DNA of 62,571 bases, filler included, from Hausera hauseri (lineage: Eukaryota): NCBI GenBank assembly GCA_046269625.1. It is 11 parts of 11 records of this genome, joined end to end, with 100 filler letters (N's around TTAATTAATTAA, not from the genome) between each part and the next. Parts side by side here need not be neighbours in the genome. Positions count along the whole stretch, not along the records: positions 25,166 to 39,261 come from JBJURY010677661.1; 10 more parts are not named here. One strand, 5' to 3'. Each line of letters begins with the position of its first letter. Positions within the stretch are counted from its first letter, which is position 1. The notes under the pieces are model-generated. The model saw nothing but the letters and a program-made list of their open reading frames with translations, ran no database searches and was not told where the DNA came from. This document shows positions 25,166 through 38,577 of the stretch, in pieces. A program made the translations under genes and the position numbers.

Positions 25166-25906
25166 TAGAGATTAAGTGTTTAGATTTAATCTAAAAAAAG
25201 ATTTTTTAGTATCGTTATTATATAAATTAAAATTTTAATATATTTTCACAAAAAAATTAATTAAATTTATGTCTTTTTAAATAGTTTATTTTTCTTGGAA
25301 ATTTAATAAAGAATTGTTTATGTAAAAATTAGTAGGAATTTTGAAATTAAATTTAGGAATTCGGCAAAATTTCATCTCAACTGTTTATCAAAAACATTGT
25401 CTAAAGCAAAAATTTTAGATAAAGCCTGCCCAGTGTTTATTTATTAACGGCCGCAGTACCTTGACTGTGCTAAGGTAGCATAATCAATTGTCTTTTAATT
25501 AAAGTCTGGAATGAAAGGAGTTTTGAGGTGAATCTGTCTTTAATTAATATTTTTTAACTTAATTATTTAGTGAAAATACTAAAATAGCGGAAAAAAGACG
25601 AGAAGACCCTAAGAGTTTTTAAGCATTGGCTTTTTTGTTGGGGCGACAAATAATCAATTTAACATAATTTAGTTAACATGCCGTTTTAAAAGAAAGAAAA
25701 AATTACCTTAGGGATAACAGCATTATAAAGTTTTTGTTTGTGACCTCGATGTTGGACTAGGAACTATATGACTAACCGTTAAAATAGATTTGTTCTGTTC
25801 GAACAATTTTATCCTACATGATCTGAGTTCAGACCGGCGTAAGCCAGGTCAGTTTCTATCTTTTTTATAATATTCGTAGTACGAAAGGATCTGAATATTT
25901 TTTATT
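25166..25906 (+). rRNA. rrnL: mt 16S rRNA, 3' part (5' part at 38456-38576)
   Basis: CTGTTTATCAAAAACAT, GACGAGAAGACCCT, GGGATAACAGC, ACATGATCTGAGTTCAGACCGG. Confidence 0.95.
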
Positions 25907-25970
25907 TTTAACTTGGCAGATTTATGCATCTAATTTAGAATTAGAAAATAAGAAATATTCTTAGTTGGGT
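25907..25970 (+). tRNA. trnL1: tRNA-Leu(UAG)
   Basis: TCTAA-TTTAGAA-TTAGA anticodon arm. Confidence 0.8.
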
Positions 25971-26031
25971 TTATAGTTTATTTAGAATAACTAATTTGCA
26001 TTTAGTAGGAAAATTACTTGTTTTAAATCCA
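25967..26031 (+). tRNA. trnA: tRNA-Ala(UGC)
   Basis: ACTAA-TTTGCAT-TTAGT. Confidence 0.8.
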
Positions 26032-26033
26032 AT

Positions 26034-26095
26034 CAAAAACAGTTTTAGAAAACATTAACTTTGGGAGTTAAAAGATAGTAATTTCTATTTTTGAA
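26034..26095 (+). tRNA. trnP: tRNA-Pro(UGG)
   Basis: TTAAC-TTTGGGA-GTTAA. Confidence 0.8.
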
Positions 26096-26509
26096 ATTTT
26101 AGGAATTGTTGTTAGAATATTTTTGTTATTTCAGATGCCTATTTTTTTGGGTGTTATTTTATTTTTGGTTTCTTTATTTCTTGTAATAATATTAAATATT
26201 TTTTTTAATTCTTGATACAGTTTAATTTTGTTTCTTGTTTATGTTGGAGGGTTGTTGGTTCTTTTTATTTATATGTGTATAATAAGATCTAATGAGAAAT
26301 TTGATTTTGGGGCAAGTTTTTGGTTTTTTTTTGGAGTAGTATTTTCCTTTTTTTTTAGCGAAAAGATGCCTTTTTTAGGTTTTTCTAAATTTGAAAGTTC
26401 AATAATATTAGAAATATCAATATTTATAGGGATGGTGATTTTGTTATTAGTTACTTTTTTATCTGTAATGCGTATTGTAAAGACAAAAAGAAGGTTGTTA
26501 TTGAACTAA
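26096..26509 (+). CDS. nad6: NADH dehydrogenase subunit 6
   Basis: FLVYVGGLLVLFIYM motif; ATT start, TAA stop. Confidence 0.85.
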
Positions 26510-28138
26510 GTGAAAAGCAAATTTCAAATATCAGGGGTCATGTTTAGATTAATAATCTTGTTTGTACTTGTTGTACCAACTGTTAAAGTATTTTCTGTTT
26601 TTGATTTATTTTTATTTTCTAGAACGAGAACTGAGTTTAGGGTGACTTTTATTTTTGATGAGTCCAGGGTAATGTTTGGTGTAGTTATTTCATTAATTTC
26701 AAGGTGTGTTTTTTTATTTGCGAAAAAGTATATGGAAATAGATATTTTCTTTTGACGGTTTATGTGAATTTTAATGATATTTGTTATTTCTATAATAGTT
26801 CTTATTTTTGCTGGATCTTTTTTAACTATGTTGTTAGGGTGAGATGGATTAGGTGTAACTTCTTTTGTGTTAATTATTTATTATCAAAGACAGGAGTCTT
26901 TAATAGCTGGGTTTAAGACTTTGTTAATTAATCGATTAGGAGATGTTTTAATTGTTTGTTCATTTGTAACATTTTTATATAGTGGGTGTTTTTACTATTG
27001 TTTTTCTTTAACTAGTATCACATACACGTTTATGGTGATTTTGTCTATTGCCGGTTTGACTAAAAGTGCTCAGTATCCTTTTAGTTCTTGATTACCTGCT
27101 GCTATAGCAGCGCCTACTCCTGTTAGAGCTTTAGTTCACTCATCCACACTTGTTACTGCTGGAATTTACTTAATTATTCGTATAATGTCTGGTGAGCTTT
27201 TGGCTGATGTGCTTTTATTTTTAGGTGCTTTAACTTGTTTTTTAGGGGGTACTGCTGCATTGTTTGAGTATGATCTGAAGAAAGTTATTGCCTTATCTAC
27301 TTTAAGACAACTAGGGTTGATAGTTTTTAGATTAGGGTTAGGTTTAAGAAATCTTGCACTTTTTCATTTATTTACTCATGCGTTATTTAAAGCTATACTA
27401 TTTCTAGCAGCAGGATCAGTGTTAATTATGTCTTTTGGGACTCAAGATTTACGGTTATTAGGTGGTGTAATAAAGTTTGCTCCACTACAACTGGTTGCTA
27501 TAAATGTTGGAGCTTTATGTTTAGCTGGGGCTCCATTTTTAAATGCATTTTATTCAAAACATGCTATTTTAGATAAAATGATTATTAGTAATTTTAATTT
27601 TTTCTCGTGTGTAATTATAGTGTTAGGGACTGTAGCTACATCTGCATATATAGTTCGGCTGATGAAAACTTTACTTTGAGGGAATCCTATGTCTTCTCTT
27701 GTAATAAAAAGGACTGACTTAGAAGTTTATTTTCCTGTAGTTTTATTGGCCTCGGGATCTGTGTTTTCAGGTCATTTAATAAGAACAATAGATTATTTTC
27801 TTGAATCGTCTTCTTTTATATCAAGTTTAATTAATTTTTTACCTTTGTTAGGGGTAGTTGTAGGTTTGTTTTTAAGAAGGAATCATAGGTATATATTTTC
27901 TTCTTTATTTTTTTTAGCTCCATTTTATAACAACAGAGGTGTTTTTTTGAATAAAATACTTATAAAAATAAAAGTATTAGATTATGGGTGGTTAGAGTTT
28001 GTTTATTTTTTAAAAAGTTCGATTTTTGGTGTTGAAGATAAAATTTTGTCTTTAGCTAGCTGACCTAAGTTTGATTATGTGTTATTGCGAGTTTTTTTAA
28101 TGTTCATTTTTTTAGCCGTTGTTAGCTCTTGTGTCTAG
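26510..28138 (+). CDS. nad5: NADH dehydrogenase subunit 5
   Basis: [51 protein letters not shown]. Confidence 0.93.
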
Positions 28139-29001
28139 AATTTTTACGTTTTTATGTGTTTTAGTAGCTGTAGCTTTTTATACACTTTATGAGCGAAAAA
28201 TTCTAGGTTATTCACAAATTCGAAAGGGCCCTAAAAGAGTAGGTTTTTTAGGTATTCTTCAACCTTTTTCGGATGCGGTAAAACTTTTTGTTAATGAAAA
28301 AATTATTCCTATAAAAAGGAACTTTCTTCTTTTTTGAGTAGCGCCTATTATAGGATTTTTAATATCTTTATTTTTATGAATTTTATACCCAAGTGAATTT
28401 TCAGTGAAATTTATTTGCTACGGGTTATTAATTTTTTTTTGTGTTTCAGCTTTAAATGTGTATACAATTTTACTAGCTGGTTGAACTTCGAATTCTAAGT
28501 ATGCATTTTTAGGGGCCTTGCGGGCTACAGCTCAAACAATTTCTTATGAAGTTATAATACTTTTAGTGTTAATGACTCCTGTGTTAGTTATTCTTGAGTC
28601 GAACCTAGAAATGTTTATAGTTTTTACCTCTTTACTTTTTTTACCCAGGGTATATGTGTGGTTTTCCAGAAGATTAGCAGAAACTAATCGAGCTCCATTT
28701 GATTTTGCAGAAGGAGAGAGAGAGTTGGTTTCTGGGTTTAACATTGAGTATGGTGGTGGCTTATTTGCACTTTTGTTCTTGGCTGAATATGCAAATATTA
28801 TTATTATGTCTATAATGACTAGTGTGTTTTTTTTTTATTCAACAGGATTTATTATACTAAGGATTACTATTTTACTGGTCTCTACATTTTTTTTGTTAAG
28901 ACGAGCTGCTTTTCCACGTCATCGTTATGATTTATTAATAATGTTGTGTTGAAAATCTTTTTTACCTTATAGAATTATGGTTTTATTTATGTGTTTAGTT
29001 T
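28119..29001 (+). CDS. nad1: NADH dehydrogenase subunit 1 (incomplete stop near 29001, or TAG at 29033)
   Basis: [39 protein letters not shown]. Confidence 0.93.
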
Positions 29002-29287
29002 GTACTTTGGTACAATTTTTTTTTTATGTTTAGTTATTCTTTTGGTTGCTTTTTGTTTAAATAAGAATTTTATTTTAAATAGATTAATTATTTTAGAAGG
29101 AATAATATTAGTTAGATTAGCTTTTTTATTATCATATTTGTTAACTTTAGATAAGTCTATTTTTCTTTTGGTTCTTTCGTTTGCTGCTTGTGAAGCATCT
29201 CTGGGGTTGTCTTTGTTGGTTAGGTTTTTACGACTACGGGGGAATAATAATATTAGTAGATTAGCTTTATTTTCATGATTTGCTTAA
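29000..29287 (+). CDS. nad4L: NADH dehydrogenase subunit 4L
   Basis: FAACEASLGLSLLV. Confidence 0.88.
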
Positions 29288-30363
29288 AATTCGTGAAACA
29301 ATCTCACTTCCAAGTCCTGTTAGAATTTCTATTTGGTGAAATGCAGGATCAATCTTAGGGTTATTATTAGTGATGCAAACTATTACAGGGTTGTTTTTGT
29401 CTATACACTATACATCTGATGTAGATAGAGCATTTTATTCAATTGTTCATATTATGCGAGATGTTCCAGGTGGGTGGGTTTTTCGTTTTTTACATGCAAA
29501 TGGAGCTAGATTCTTTTTTTTATTTTTGTATTTACACATTGGTCGGGGAATTTACTATCAATCATATTTAACACAATCTCGTACTTGAATAGTTGGAGTG
29601 ACTATTTTGTTAGTTAGAATGGCTACTGCTTTTTTAGGTTATGTATTGCCTTGAGGACAAATATCGTTTTGAGGTGCAACTGTTATTACAAACTTAATAT
29701 CTGCTGTTCCCTATTTTGGGCAAGCATTAGTTGAGTGGGTGTGGGGGAGGTTTTCGGTGGGTCAGCCAACGTTAACACGTTTTTTTAGGCTTCATTTTAT
29801 TATGCCCTTTTTAATTATAGTACTAGTTTTGATTCATATTATTTTTATTCATGACAAAGGTTCTACTAGTCCTTTGGGAGATCAAAATCATATTAGAAAG
29901 ATTAGTTTTCACCCATATTTTACTTGAAAAGACATTGTAGGTTTTTTAGTAATAATTTCAGGGATTTTATTCTTAGTTTACTTTTATCCTAATTTATTAG
30001 GAGATCCTGAAAATTTTACAAAAGCAAACTTTAAAGTTACTCCCACTCATATTCAACCTGAGTGATATTTTTTGTTTGCTTATGCTATTTTGCGTTCTAT
30101 CCCAAATAAACTAGGAGGGGTGATAGCGCTGGTTATGTCTATTTTTATTTTGTATTTTTTGCCTATTTCATCACTCTTTTATTCAATTCCCGGAAGGTTC
30201 TCGTCTTTTTTCCAACTTGTTTTTTGGGTGCTGGTTTCAGATTTTATTTTACTTACATGATTAGGTGCTTGCCCGGTTGAAAACCCCTATATAACATTGG
30301 CAGTACCTTGTACGATTCTTTATTTTGGGCTTTTTCCTTTTATATTATTTTTGACATGACGTT
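29280..30363 (+). CDS. cob: Cytochrome b
   Basis: [48 protein letters not shown]. Confidence 0.95.
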
Positions 30364-30424
30364 TTTTACTTAGTTTAATAAAAATTAGGGTTTGTCAAAT
30401 CCTTGATGCTTTTTTGCAGTTTAA
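30363..30424 (+). tRNA. trnD: tRNA-Asp(GUC)
   Basis: AGGGT-TTGTCAA-ATCCT. Confidence 0.75.
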
Positions 30425-30481
30425 ATTTAGTTTAATAAAAACCTTTAGTTGCAAACTAAATAATTCAATTTTGGAATTTTT
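30420..30481 (+). tRNA. trnC: tRNA-Cys(GCA)
   Basis: TTTAG-TTGCAAA-CTAAA. Confidence 0.75.
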
Positions 30482-30541
30482 TAACATAGCTTATATTAAA
30501 GCTTAGTGCTGAAGACGCTAAAAAGGGTTTTCCTGTTAAAA
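30479..30541 (+). tRNA. trnF: tRNA-Phe(GAA)
   Basis: TAGTG-CTGAAGA-CGCTA. Confidence 0.8.
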
Positions 30542-31171
30542 ATAAGTTTTTGAGGGCAGATATCATTATTTGATCCGGCTTCGCCTATTCAAGAAGAAAT
30601 AATTTTGTTTCATGATCATGCTATGGTATTGCTTTTAGGAATTTTTACTTTTGTTGCCTTTTTGGGTTTAAAACTTTTATTGAATAAGTTTTCTTCTCGA
30701 ACTATACTGGAAGCTCAGACCTTAGAAACAGTTTGAACAATTATTCCTGCGCTTTTACTTATTTGATTGGCACTACCTTCTTTGCGGTTACTTTATCTAT
30801 TAGATGAGTCTAGAAGTTCTTTGATTTTAAAAAGTACAGGTCATCAATGATATTGAAGATATGAAACTCCTTTTGGAAGGTTTGATTCTTACATAGTTAA
30901 TAATAATGATAACTTAGAAGTTGACAATCGTGTAATAACTCCATATAATATAAATACTAATGTTTTGACCACATCGGCTGATGTGCTTCACTCTTTTACA
31001 ATCCCGTCAGTTGGAATGAAAATGGATTCAGTTCCTGGTCGGCTAAATTCTTTTAACATGTTTTTAAATTGGCCTGGTGTTTATTATGGTCAATGTTCGG
31101 AGATTTGTGGTGCTAATCACTCATTTATACCTATTGTCTTAGAAGCTGTTTCGGTGGGTGATTACTTTTAA
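30542..31171 (+). CDS. cox2: Cytochrome c oxidase subunit II
   Basis: [29 protein letters not shown]; 210 codons. Confidence 0.95.
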
Positions 31172-31231
31172 TTAATTTTTAAAAGCTTTAAGCAGTTGAT
31201 TGTAAATCTTCTTTGGAAAATTATATTTTTT
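31172..31231 (+). tRNA. trnY: tRNA-Tyr(GUA)
   Basis: TTGTAAA loop with a weak stem; expected position. Confidence 0.6.
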
Positions 31232-31297
31232 CTTGCTTTTTTAGGTTAACTAAACCTTAGACCTTCAAAGTCTAAAATTCTTCTTTTGAAAAAGGTG
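31232..31297 (+). tRNA. trnW: tRNA-Trp(UCA)
   Basis: TAGAC-CTTCAAA-GTCTA. Confidence 0.8.
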
Positions 31298-31298
31298 C

Positions 31299-31361
31299 AT
31301 TTTTTTGTAGTATATAACATTACTATTACCTTCCAAGTAAAAAATCTCGTAAGAGCTTAAA
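31299..31361 (+). tRNA. trnG: tRNA-Gly(UCC)
   Basis: TTAC-CTTCCAA-GTAA. Confidence 0.75.
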
Positions 31362-31416
31362 AGTAGTTTAAAAAAAAACATAGGTTTGTGGATCCTAAAT
31401 TTCTTTTGGGCTTTTG
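31357..31416 (+). tRNA. trnH: tRNA-His(GUG)
   Basis: TAGG-TTTGTGGAT-CCTA. Confidence 0.7.
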
Positions 31417-31469
31417 AAAAGTTTAAATTAAAGCTGCTAACTTTGATTTGGGCTGTGGTCCGCTTTTCT
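31416..31469 (+). tRNA. trnS1: tRNA-Ser(GCU), D-armless
   Basis: GAAAAG...TAAAG-CTGCTAA-CTTTG...CTTTTC. Confidence 0.8.
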
Positions 31470-32772
31470 ATTTTAATAAGCGTATTTGGAATTTTGTTAG
31501 CCGTTTTATTAAGAGGAAGTTGAATAGTATTTTATTTATCAATATTTTGTGTAATGATATTAAGAATCTTTAATTTAAATCTATATTTTAATTCTTCTAT
31601 AATAATGGTGTTTTCTAGAAATAGCTTAAATTTAATATTAATTTGATTAAGTTCAATGTTATGTATTTTGGCGTTACTAGCTACCCCCGATAATAAAAAA
31701 TCAAAGTATTTTCTATTGATTTGGTCTCTTTTATTAACAATATGATTGGTTTTTTCGGTAGAGAGAATTATTTATTTTTATGTTTTTTTTGAAGTTTCTT
31801 TAATTCCTACTTTATTTTTAATTGTTAGTTGAGGTTATCAACCTGAACGACTTCAAGCTGGGAAATATATAATAGTCTATACGGTAGCTGCTTCTTTACC
31901 ATTGTTGATAGTATTAATCTATACTGTAAGTTTGTCAAACTCTAGAATAATTTTTTTAAACTCGGCTTCTGTTCCTTTAGCTATAGAAATTTTTATTCTT
32001 ATAGCATTTTTAGTAAAACTACCAATTTATTCTTTTCACTTGTGACTGCCTAAAGCCCATGTAGAAGCATCTTTAGCTGGATCAATAATCTTGGCTGGGA
32101 TCTTGCTAAAATTAGGAGGTTATGGATTATATTTAATAAACAAGATCTTTATAGTAGGAGGATCAAAAGATAGTTTTATTGTATGAATTATATCATTAGC
32201 AATGTGGGGTGGTGTTTTGGCAAGATTAATGTGTCTATTGCAAACAGATATAAAAGCCTATGTAGCCTATAGAAGTGTTAGTCATATATCTTTAGTTGTG
32301 GTTGGACTACTTAATGACCAGTTTTGAGGGTTTTTTAGCTCAGTTATTACAATGTTTGCACACGGATTAAGGTCGTCAGCTTTATTTTGCCTTACATATT
32401 TTACATACATAAAAATTCATTCGCGTAGTGTAGTTTATATGAAAGGGTTATTAAGGTTGTTTCCTGTTTTAAGATTTTTTTGGTTTTTTTTTTGTAGAAT
32501 TAATATAGCAGTACCCCCCACTTTAAATCTTTTAGGTGAAATAATAATTATCCCATCATTATACAGTCTTTCGATTTTTTTTATTTTAGTTATAGGGTTA
32601 ATGGTTTTTTTAAGAGCTGTTTATAACATGTTTCTTTATACAACTATTAATCATGGTTTCTCTGTTTATTTTAAACCCGCTCCTTCTTTAAATATAGGAC
32701 AAATGTTGACGCTTACTCTTCACCTTTTTCCACTAATAATAATTTTCAAGATTTTTGTTTTTGTTTGAGATG
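31470..32772 (+). CDS. nad4: NADH dehydrogenase subunit 4 (3' end approximate)
   Basis: [37 protein letters not shown]. Confidence 0.93.
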
Positions 32773-32784
32773 TTTTCCTTCGAG

Positions 32785-32895
32785 TTAAAGAGGGGTATTA
32801 TTTTTCCTTGAAAATAAAATAATATAAAATATTATAACAGATAAAACTGTAGTGATAAAAACCATTAATCCGGATGTTGGACTTAATTGAGGAAT
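32785..32895 (-). CDS. atp8: ATP synthase subunit 8 (36 aa)
   Basis: (I/M)PQLSP start, TAA stop. Confidence 0.85.
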   Translation of the reverse strand: MPQLSPTSGLMVFITTVLSVIIFYIILFSRKNNTPL

Positions 32896-32958
32896 AGAAT
32901 TAGCTTAAAAAAGATTCTTTTAATTAACAGTTAAAAGCATAAACAATGCTTCTAATTC
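32896..32958 (-). tRNA. trnN: tRNA-Asn(GUU)
   Basis: TTTAA-CTGTTAA-TTAAA on the minus strand. Confidence 0.8.
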
Positions 32959-33012
32959 CTTGGAATTTCCTCTTAGAAGCTCAAATCTTCTTGTGCTTTA
33001 CACCAAAGAAAA
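32959..33012 (-). tRNA. trnQ: tRNA-Gln(UUG)
   Basis: AGAAG-ATTTGAG-CTTCT on the minus strand. Confidence 0.7.
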
Positions 33013-33070
33013 AGGAAAATAAATTTTATATTAGACGCTTAAAATCTACGCATTCTTCTGCCACCTAAAA
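33010..33070 (-). tRNA. trnL2: tRNA-Leu(UAA)
   Basis: TAGAT-TTTAAGC-GTCTA; GGCAGA D-arm. Confidence 0.75.
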
Positions 33071-33692
33071 AAGAAGCATGTTCAAAACTGTAAAGTTTTA
33101 ATAAAAGGGTAAAAATGTAAGCTTGGATTATACATACAAAGACTTCAAATATGTTATAGAAAACAGACACTAGAAGGATAAAAAAAAACGTTTTTAGGTT
33201 AAGTGCACTTAAACAATTTGCAATTAATGCTAAAACAATATGTCCAGCTCTGATGTTTGCAATTAATCGTACAGTGAGAGTTAATGGTCGAATTAAGATT
33301 GAAATTGTTTCAATCATTACTAGAAAGGGAGTTAAGGCTAATGGAGCCCCAGCTGGAGCTAAGTGAGCGAGAGTTTTTTTTGGAGAATACACGAATCTTC
33401 TGATAATTAAAAGTAATCACATTGTTAAAGCCATACTTGAGGCAAATCATAATGAGCTTGATATAGAAAACACTAGTGGGGTTAGCCCTACTAGGTTTAT
33501 GTTAATAAGAAAAAATATTGTTGTTATAACCATTCCCCCAAATGGAATAAGGTTAGAATTTCCAAACCCGTATTTTGATAAAAATAAAACTATGTTTCTG
33601 TTAGAAAACATTATTATTGAAAATAATAAAGGGGGAAACCAAGTCCACACAGAGTTACAACCGTCCAAAGCCCTAAATAAGTCTGTGAAAAT
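33071..33692 (-). CDS. atp6: ATP synthase subunit 6
   Basis: LAHLAPAGAP, IRPLTLTVRLIANISAGH, IQAYIFTLL. Confidence 0.92.
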
Positions 33693-33693
33693 T

Positions 33694-33754
33694 AATTTTA
33701 GGAATAGTATATCCTTTTCTAAGGTCGAAACTTAGATGCAAATTGCTTAAAATT
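33694..33754 (-). tRNA. trnR: tRNA-Arg(UCG)
   Basis: CTAAG-TTTCGAC-CTTAG. Confidence 0.8.
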
Positions 33755-33815
33755 AGGTTTAATTAAAATAAACATTTTTATCTTGAAAAGATAGTGTGAA
33801 ACACTTCTAAAAAAG
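33755..33815 (-). tRNA. trnE: tRNA-Glu(UUC)
   Basis: TATC-TTTTCAA-GATA. Confidence 0.7.
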
Positions 33816-34531
33816 AAACAGTTTCCACTATTTCTACTATGTTACGACTTATCTCTTTTAATATTAAAGAGAGTGACGGGCGATTTGTGCACAGGCAAAA
33901 TGTGATTCATAAATTAATAGTTTTGTTTTATTACTTTTAAGTCCATCTTAATAAAAGTTTTAAATTTTTATTCTGAAAGTAAATAATATTGTAACTCACC
34001 TTAAGTCTTTATTATAGGCTATATTATGACCTGTTTTATTTGGGTTTATCTAAACCAATTTTAATTTTATCTAAAATAAAATTAAAACGGCAATATATAA
34101 GCTATTAAATAAAGTAAAACCAACTTGTGGGTTATCAATTATCTGGTAAGTTCCCCTAAAGTTTTTACCTACCGCCATGTTTTTTAAGTTTTAAATTTGT
34201 GATTTTTAGTGCTTAGGATGAGTGAACTTTGGCTTCTTAATAATAGGGTATCTAATCCTAGTTTTATTGTTGAAGTTTAAAATTTATTTTATTTGTTTAG
34301 GTTTATAAGACTTTTATATTTTACTAAGAAAAGTTTGCTTAAAAATAAATTTTTCCTGATAAAATTTTTTTCATATAGGTGTGACCGCGACTGCTGGCAC
34401 CTAATTTGTCATGAATTAGAAAGAAGACTGAATTTTTATTTCTAAAATTTTTCAAAGTTTCTAGCTAGATTGTTCGTAAGTGTTCCATATATAGTCTACC
34501 TTAATAAAAATTTTTCATTAAAACAAAGTGA
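33816..34531 (-). rRNA. rrnS: mt 12S rRNA
   Basis: Minus strand GTGCCAGCAGTCGCGGT, AGGATTAGATACCC, TCGCCCGTCAC, AAGTCGTAACA. Confidence 0.93.
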
Positions 34532-34597
34532 TTTTTAAGAGAAAAATTCTTGTTTGAGTTATGAGCCCAATAGCTTAAATATAGCTTATCTTAAAAA
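34532..34597 (-). tRNA. trnM: tRNA-Met(CAU)
   Basis: TTGGG-CTCATAA-CTCAA. Confidence 0.8.
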
Positions 34598-34941
34598 ACT
34601 GTTACCCAATCAATAGCCCCCTCTTTTCATTCGTGGAATAACCCAATTAGAAGGATTAACAAGAATAAAAAAAAAGATGTTATAATTAGTGTTGTCTTGT
34701 TAAAAGTTAGAATTGAAATAATTGGAAAAAGTAAGGATGCTTCGATATCAAAAATTAAAAATAGAATTACTAATATAAAAAAACGGATGGAAAAAGGTGA
34801 TCGTATTTCTCTTAAAGGTTCAAATCCGCATTCGAATGCGGATTTTTTTTCTTCTTCTGAAGCTGATGTGTAGTTGGTTAGGTTGAATAGTGTTCTAAGA
34901 ATTAGTCTTATTATGATACAGCAACTTAAAAACTCTAAAAT
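34598..34941 (-). CDS. nad3: NADH dehydrogenase subunit 3
   Basis: KSAFECGFEP, FLIFDIE, HEWKEGAIDW. Confidence 0.9.
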
Positions 34942-34998
34942 TTTTTTGTGAAAATATTATTTTCTTGAAAGATTTTCAAAATCCTTGCTTTACAAAAA
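34942..34998 (-). tRNA. trnS2: tRNA-Ser(UGA)
   Basis: AGGAT-TTTGAAA-ATCTT. Confidence 0.7.
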
Positions 34999-35058
34999 CA
35001 AATTTTGTGAAAAATCTTTGATTTACAAAATCATTGCTTTATATTAAGCTAATTTGAA
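34999..35058 (-). tRNA. trnT: tRNA-Thr(UGU)
   Basis: TGAT-TTTGTAA-ATCA. Confidence 0.75.
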
Positions 35059-35833
35059 AAGAACCTCATCAATATACTCTTACATATAAAAACAACCACA
35101 CCACATCTACGAAGTGTCAATATCAAGCTGCGGCTAAAAATCCAATATGATGATTAGTTCTAAAGTGAAAGTTTTTTAAACGAAAAAGACAGACAGTGAG
35201 AAAAATTGCTCCAACTGTAACGTGAAGTCCATGGAATCCTGTTGCTATAAAAAAACAGGAACCGTAAATTCCTTCTGCAATAGAGAATATTGTTTCATTA
35301 TATTCACCATATTGAAGAAGTAAAAAGTAAACTCCTAGTAGAACTGTTAAAAAGAGGCCTTGAATAGCAGAATTATATTTTCCCTCTTCAATACAATGAT
35401 GACACCAAGTAATTCTTACTCCTGATAGAAGAAGTACAGAAGTGTTTAATAGTGGTACCTGGAATGCTTGAAGGGTTAAAATTCCAGTTGGTGGTCAGTG
35501 AGCACCAACTTCAATAGTTGGTGCTAATCTTCTGTGAAAATATGCTCAAAAGAAAGCAAAAAAGAAACAAACCTCTGAGACAATAAACAATATAACCCCA
35601 ATCTTTAATCCTTTGGTTACATAAGAATTATGGTGTCCCTGGAATGTAGACTCTCGTGTGACGTCTCGTCATCAAAGAGTTGAAATTAAAGCTGTTAAAA
35701 ATAATCCTGTTAGTAAAAGAGTTTTAGATGAAAATCGAATTATGTAAAGTAAACCCACTGGTATACTTAAAATCCTTAATGAAATTGATAATGGTCATGG
35801 ACTAAATTCTACCAAGTGAAAAGGTTGTCGCAT
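35059..35833 (-). CDS. cox3: Cytochrome c oxidase subunit III
   Basis: [41 protein letters not shown]. Confidence 0.93.
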
Positions 35834-35873
35834 TTAAGAAAAACCTTTTGTTTATAAATTTATGTTAAAATTC

Positions 35874-35944
35874 TAAGCAGCCGCCGGTCGAACGGAAATC
35901 ATTGATGTTGATTAATAAGAAAATTATTAATATTTCGTTGCTTA
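35874..35944 (+). tRNA. trnI: tRNA-Ile(GAU)
   Basis: AATCA-TTGATGT-TGATT. Confidence 0.8.
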
Positions 35945-36824
35945 ATTAATTCTTCAAATTTGTTATTTTGTTTTATAGTGATATTAAGACCTGTTTTAGC
36001 TTTGAGTAGTGGTGATTGAGTTATTTGTTGAGCTGGTATAGAGTTGGGATTAATTGGTTTGTTTCCATTGATTAATTCTTCAGAGTCAATGATAAAATAT
36101 TTTTTAATTCAATCAGTGGCTAGTATTTTTTTATTATTAAGTGGGGTGATATTATTCTATTATCTTTCTGATTTTGGGGATTTGGTTTTTTTAATGTCAC
36201 TAAGATTAAAAATTGGTTTTTTTCCTGGCCATTTTTGGGTGCCTAGGTTAATTAGATCACTCACATGAATACAAATATTATTAGTGTTAGGACCAATAAA
36301 GATTGCTCCTTTTGGGTTTCTCACATTATTCAGAGACAAAATATTGTTTATTTTTTTATTGGGAAGAGCTAGGGCTATTGTTGGTTCTGTGCTTGGTTTT
36401 TCGCAAGCTAGAGCTCGGGGGATATTAGGTGCCTCTTCGGTTTCTCACTCTGGTTGGATAATAGTTTCAATGTTTTTTAATTTTTTATGAGGATATTTTA
36501 TTTGTTATTTGTTTATCTTATTTATAATGATAATTAGATTTTTGTTAAATGATAATTTTAATTCCAGGATTGTATTACTTTCGTTGAGAGGGCTTCCTCC
36601 TTTTTTAATATTTGTTTTTAAGGTAAAAATTTTATTAGGAATAATTTTTTCATTAGAATATTTATATTTTTTAATTTTAATTGTCAGTTCAGTTATTAGG
36701 TTAACGTTTTATATGAAGTTTTGTTTTTATTTTATATTAATAGTGGATAAGCTTAAAAATTTTTTTGTTACAGTTTTTTTTGTTATAGTAAACCTTTTAG
36801 GGGTTTTATTTTTGGGGGTTTTAT
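35945..36824 (+). CDS. nad2: NADH dehydrogenase subunit 2 (3' end approximate)
   Basis: KYFLIQS, KIGFFPGHFWVP, SSVSHSGW, LSGLPPF. Confidence 0.9.
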
Positions 36825-36882
36825 TTTTTGAGAGCTTGGATAAGCAATAAACTTTTAATTTATTGAGAGAAGACTTTTCTTC
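36825..36882 (+). tRNA. trnK: tRNA-Lys(UUU)
   Basis: ATAAA-CTTTTAA-TTTAT. Confidence 0.7.
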
Positions 36883-38394
<1,512 letters not shown>

Positions 38395-38455
38395 AGATAA
38401 AGTACTTTTGTATATCTTAGTTACATTAAGATGGACTTTTATTTTAAGTGTCTTT
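38395..38455 (+). tRNA. trnV: tRNA-Val(UAC)
   Basis: TCTTA-GTTACAT-TAAGA. Confidence 0.65.
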
Positions 38456-38577
38456 AAGTTTACTATTTTATTTTGTTTATAAAAAAAAAATTGAAAAATA
38501 TTTTATCTAGGAATATTACCTTTTGTATAAGTGTTTTATGAAAAATAACAAATGTTTGTTTTCTCGAAACTGATAGG

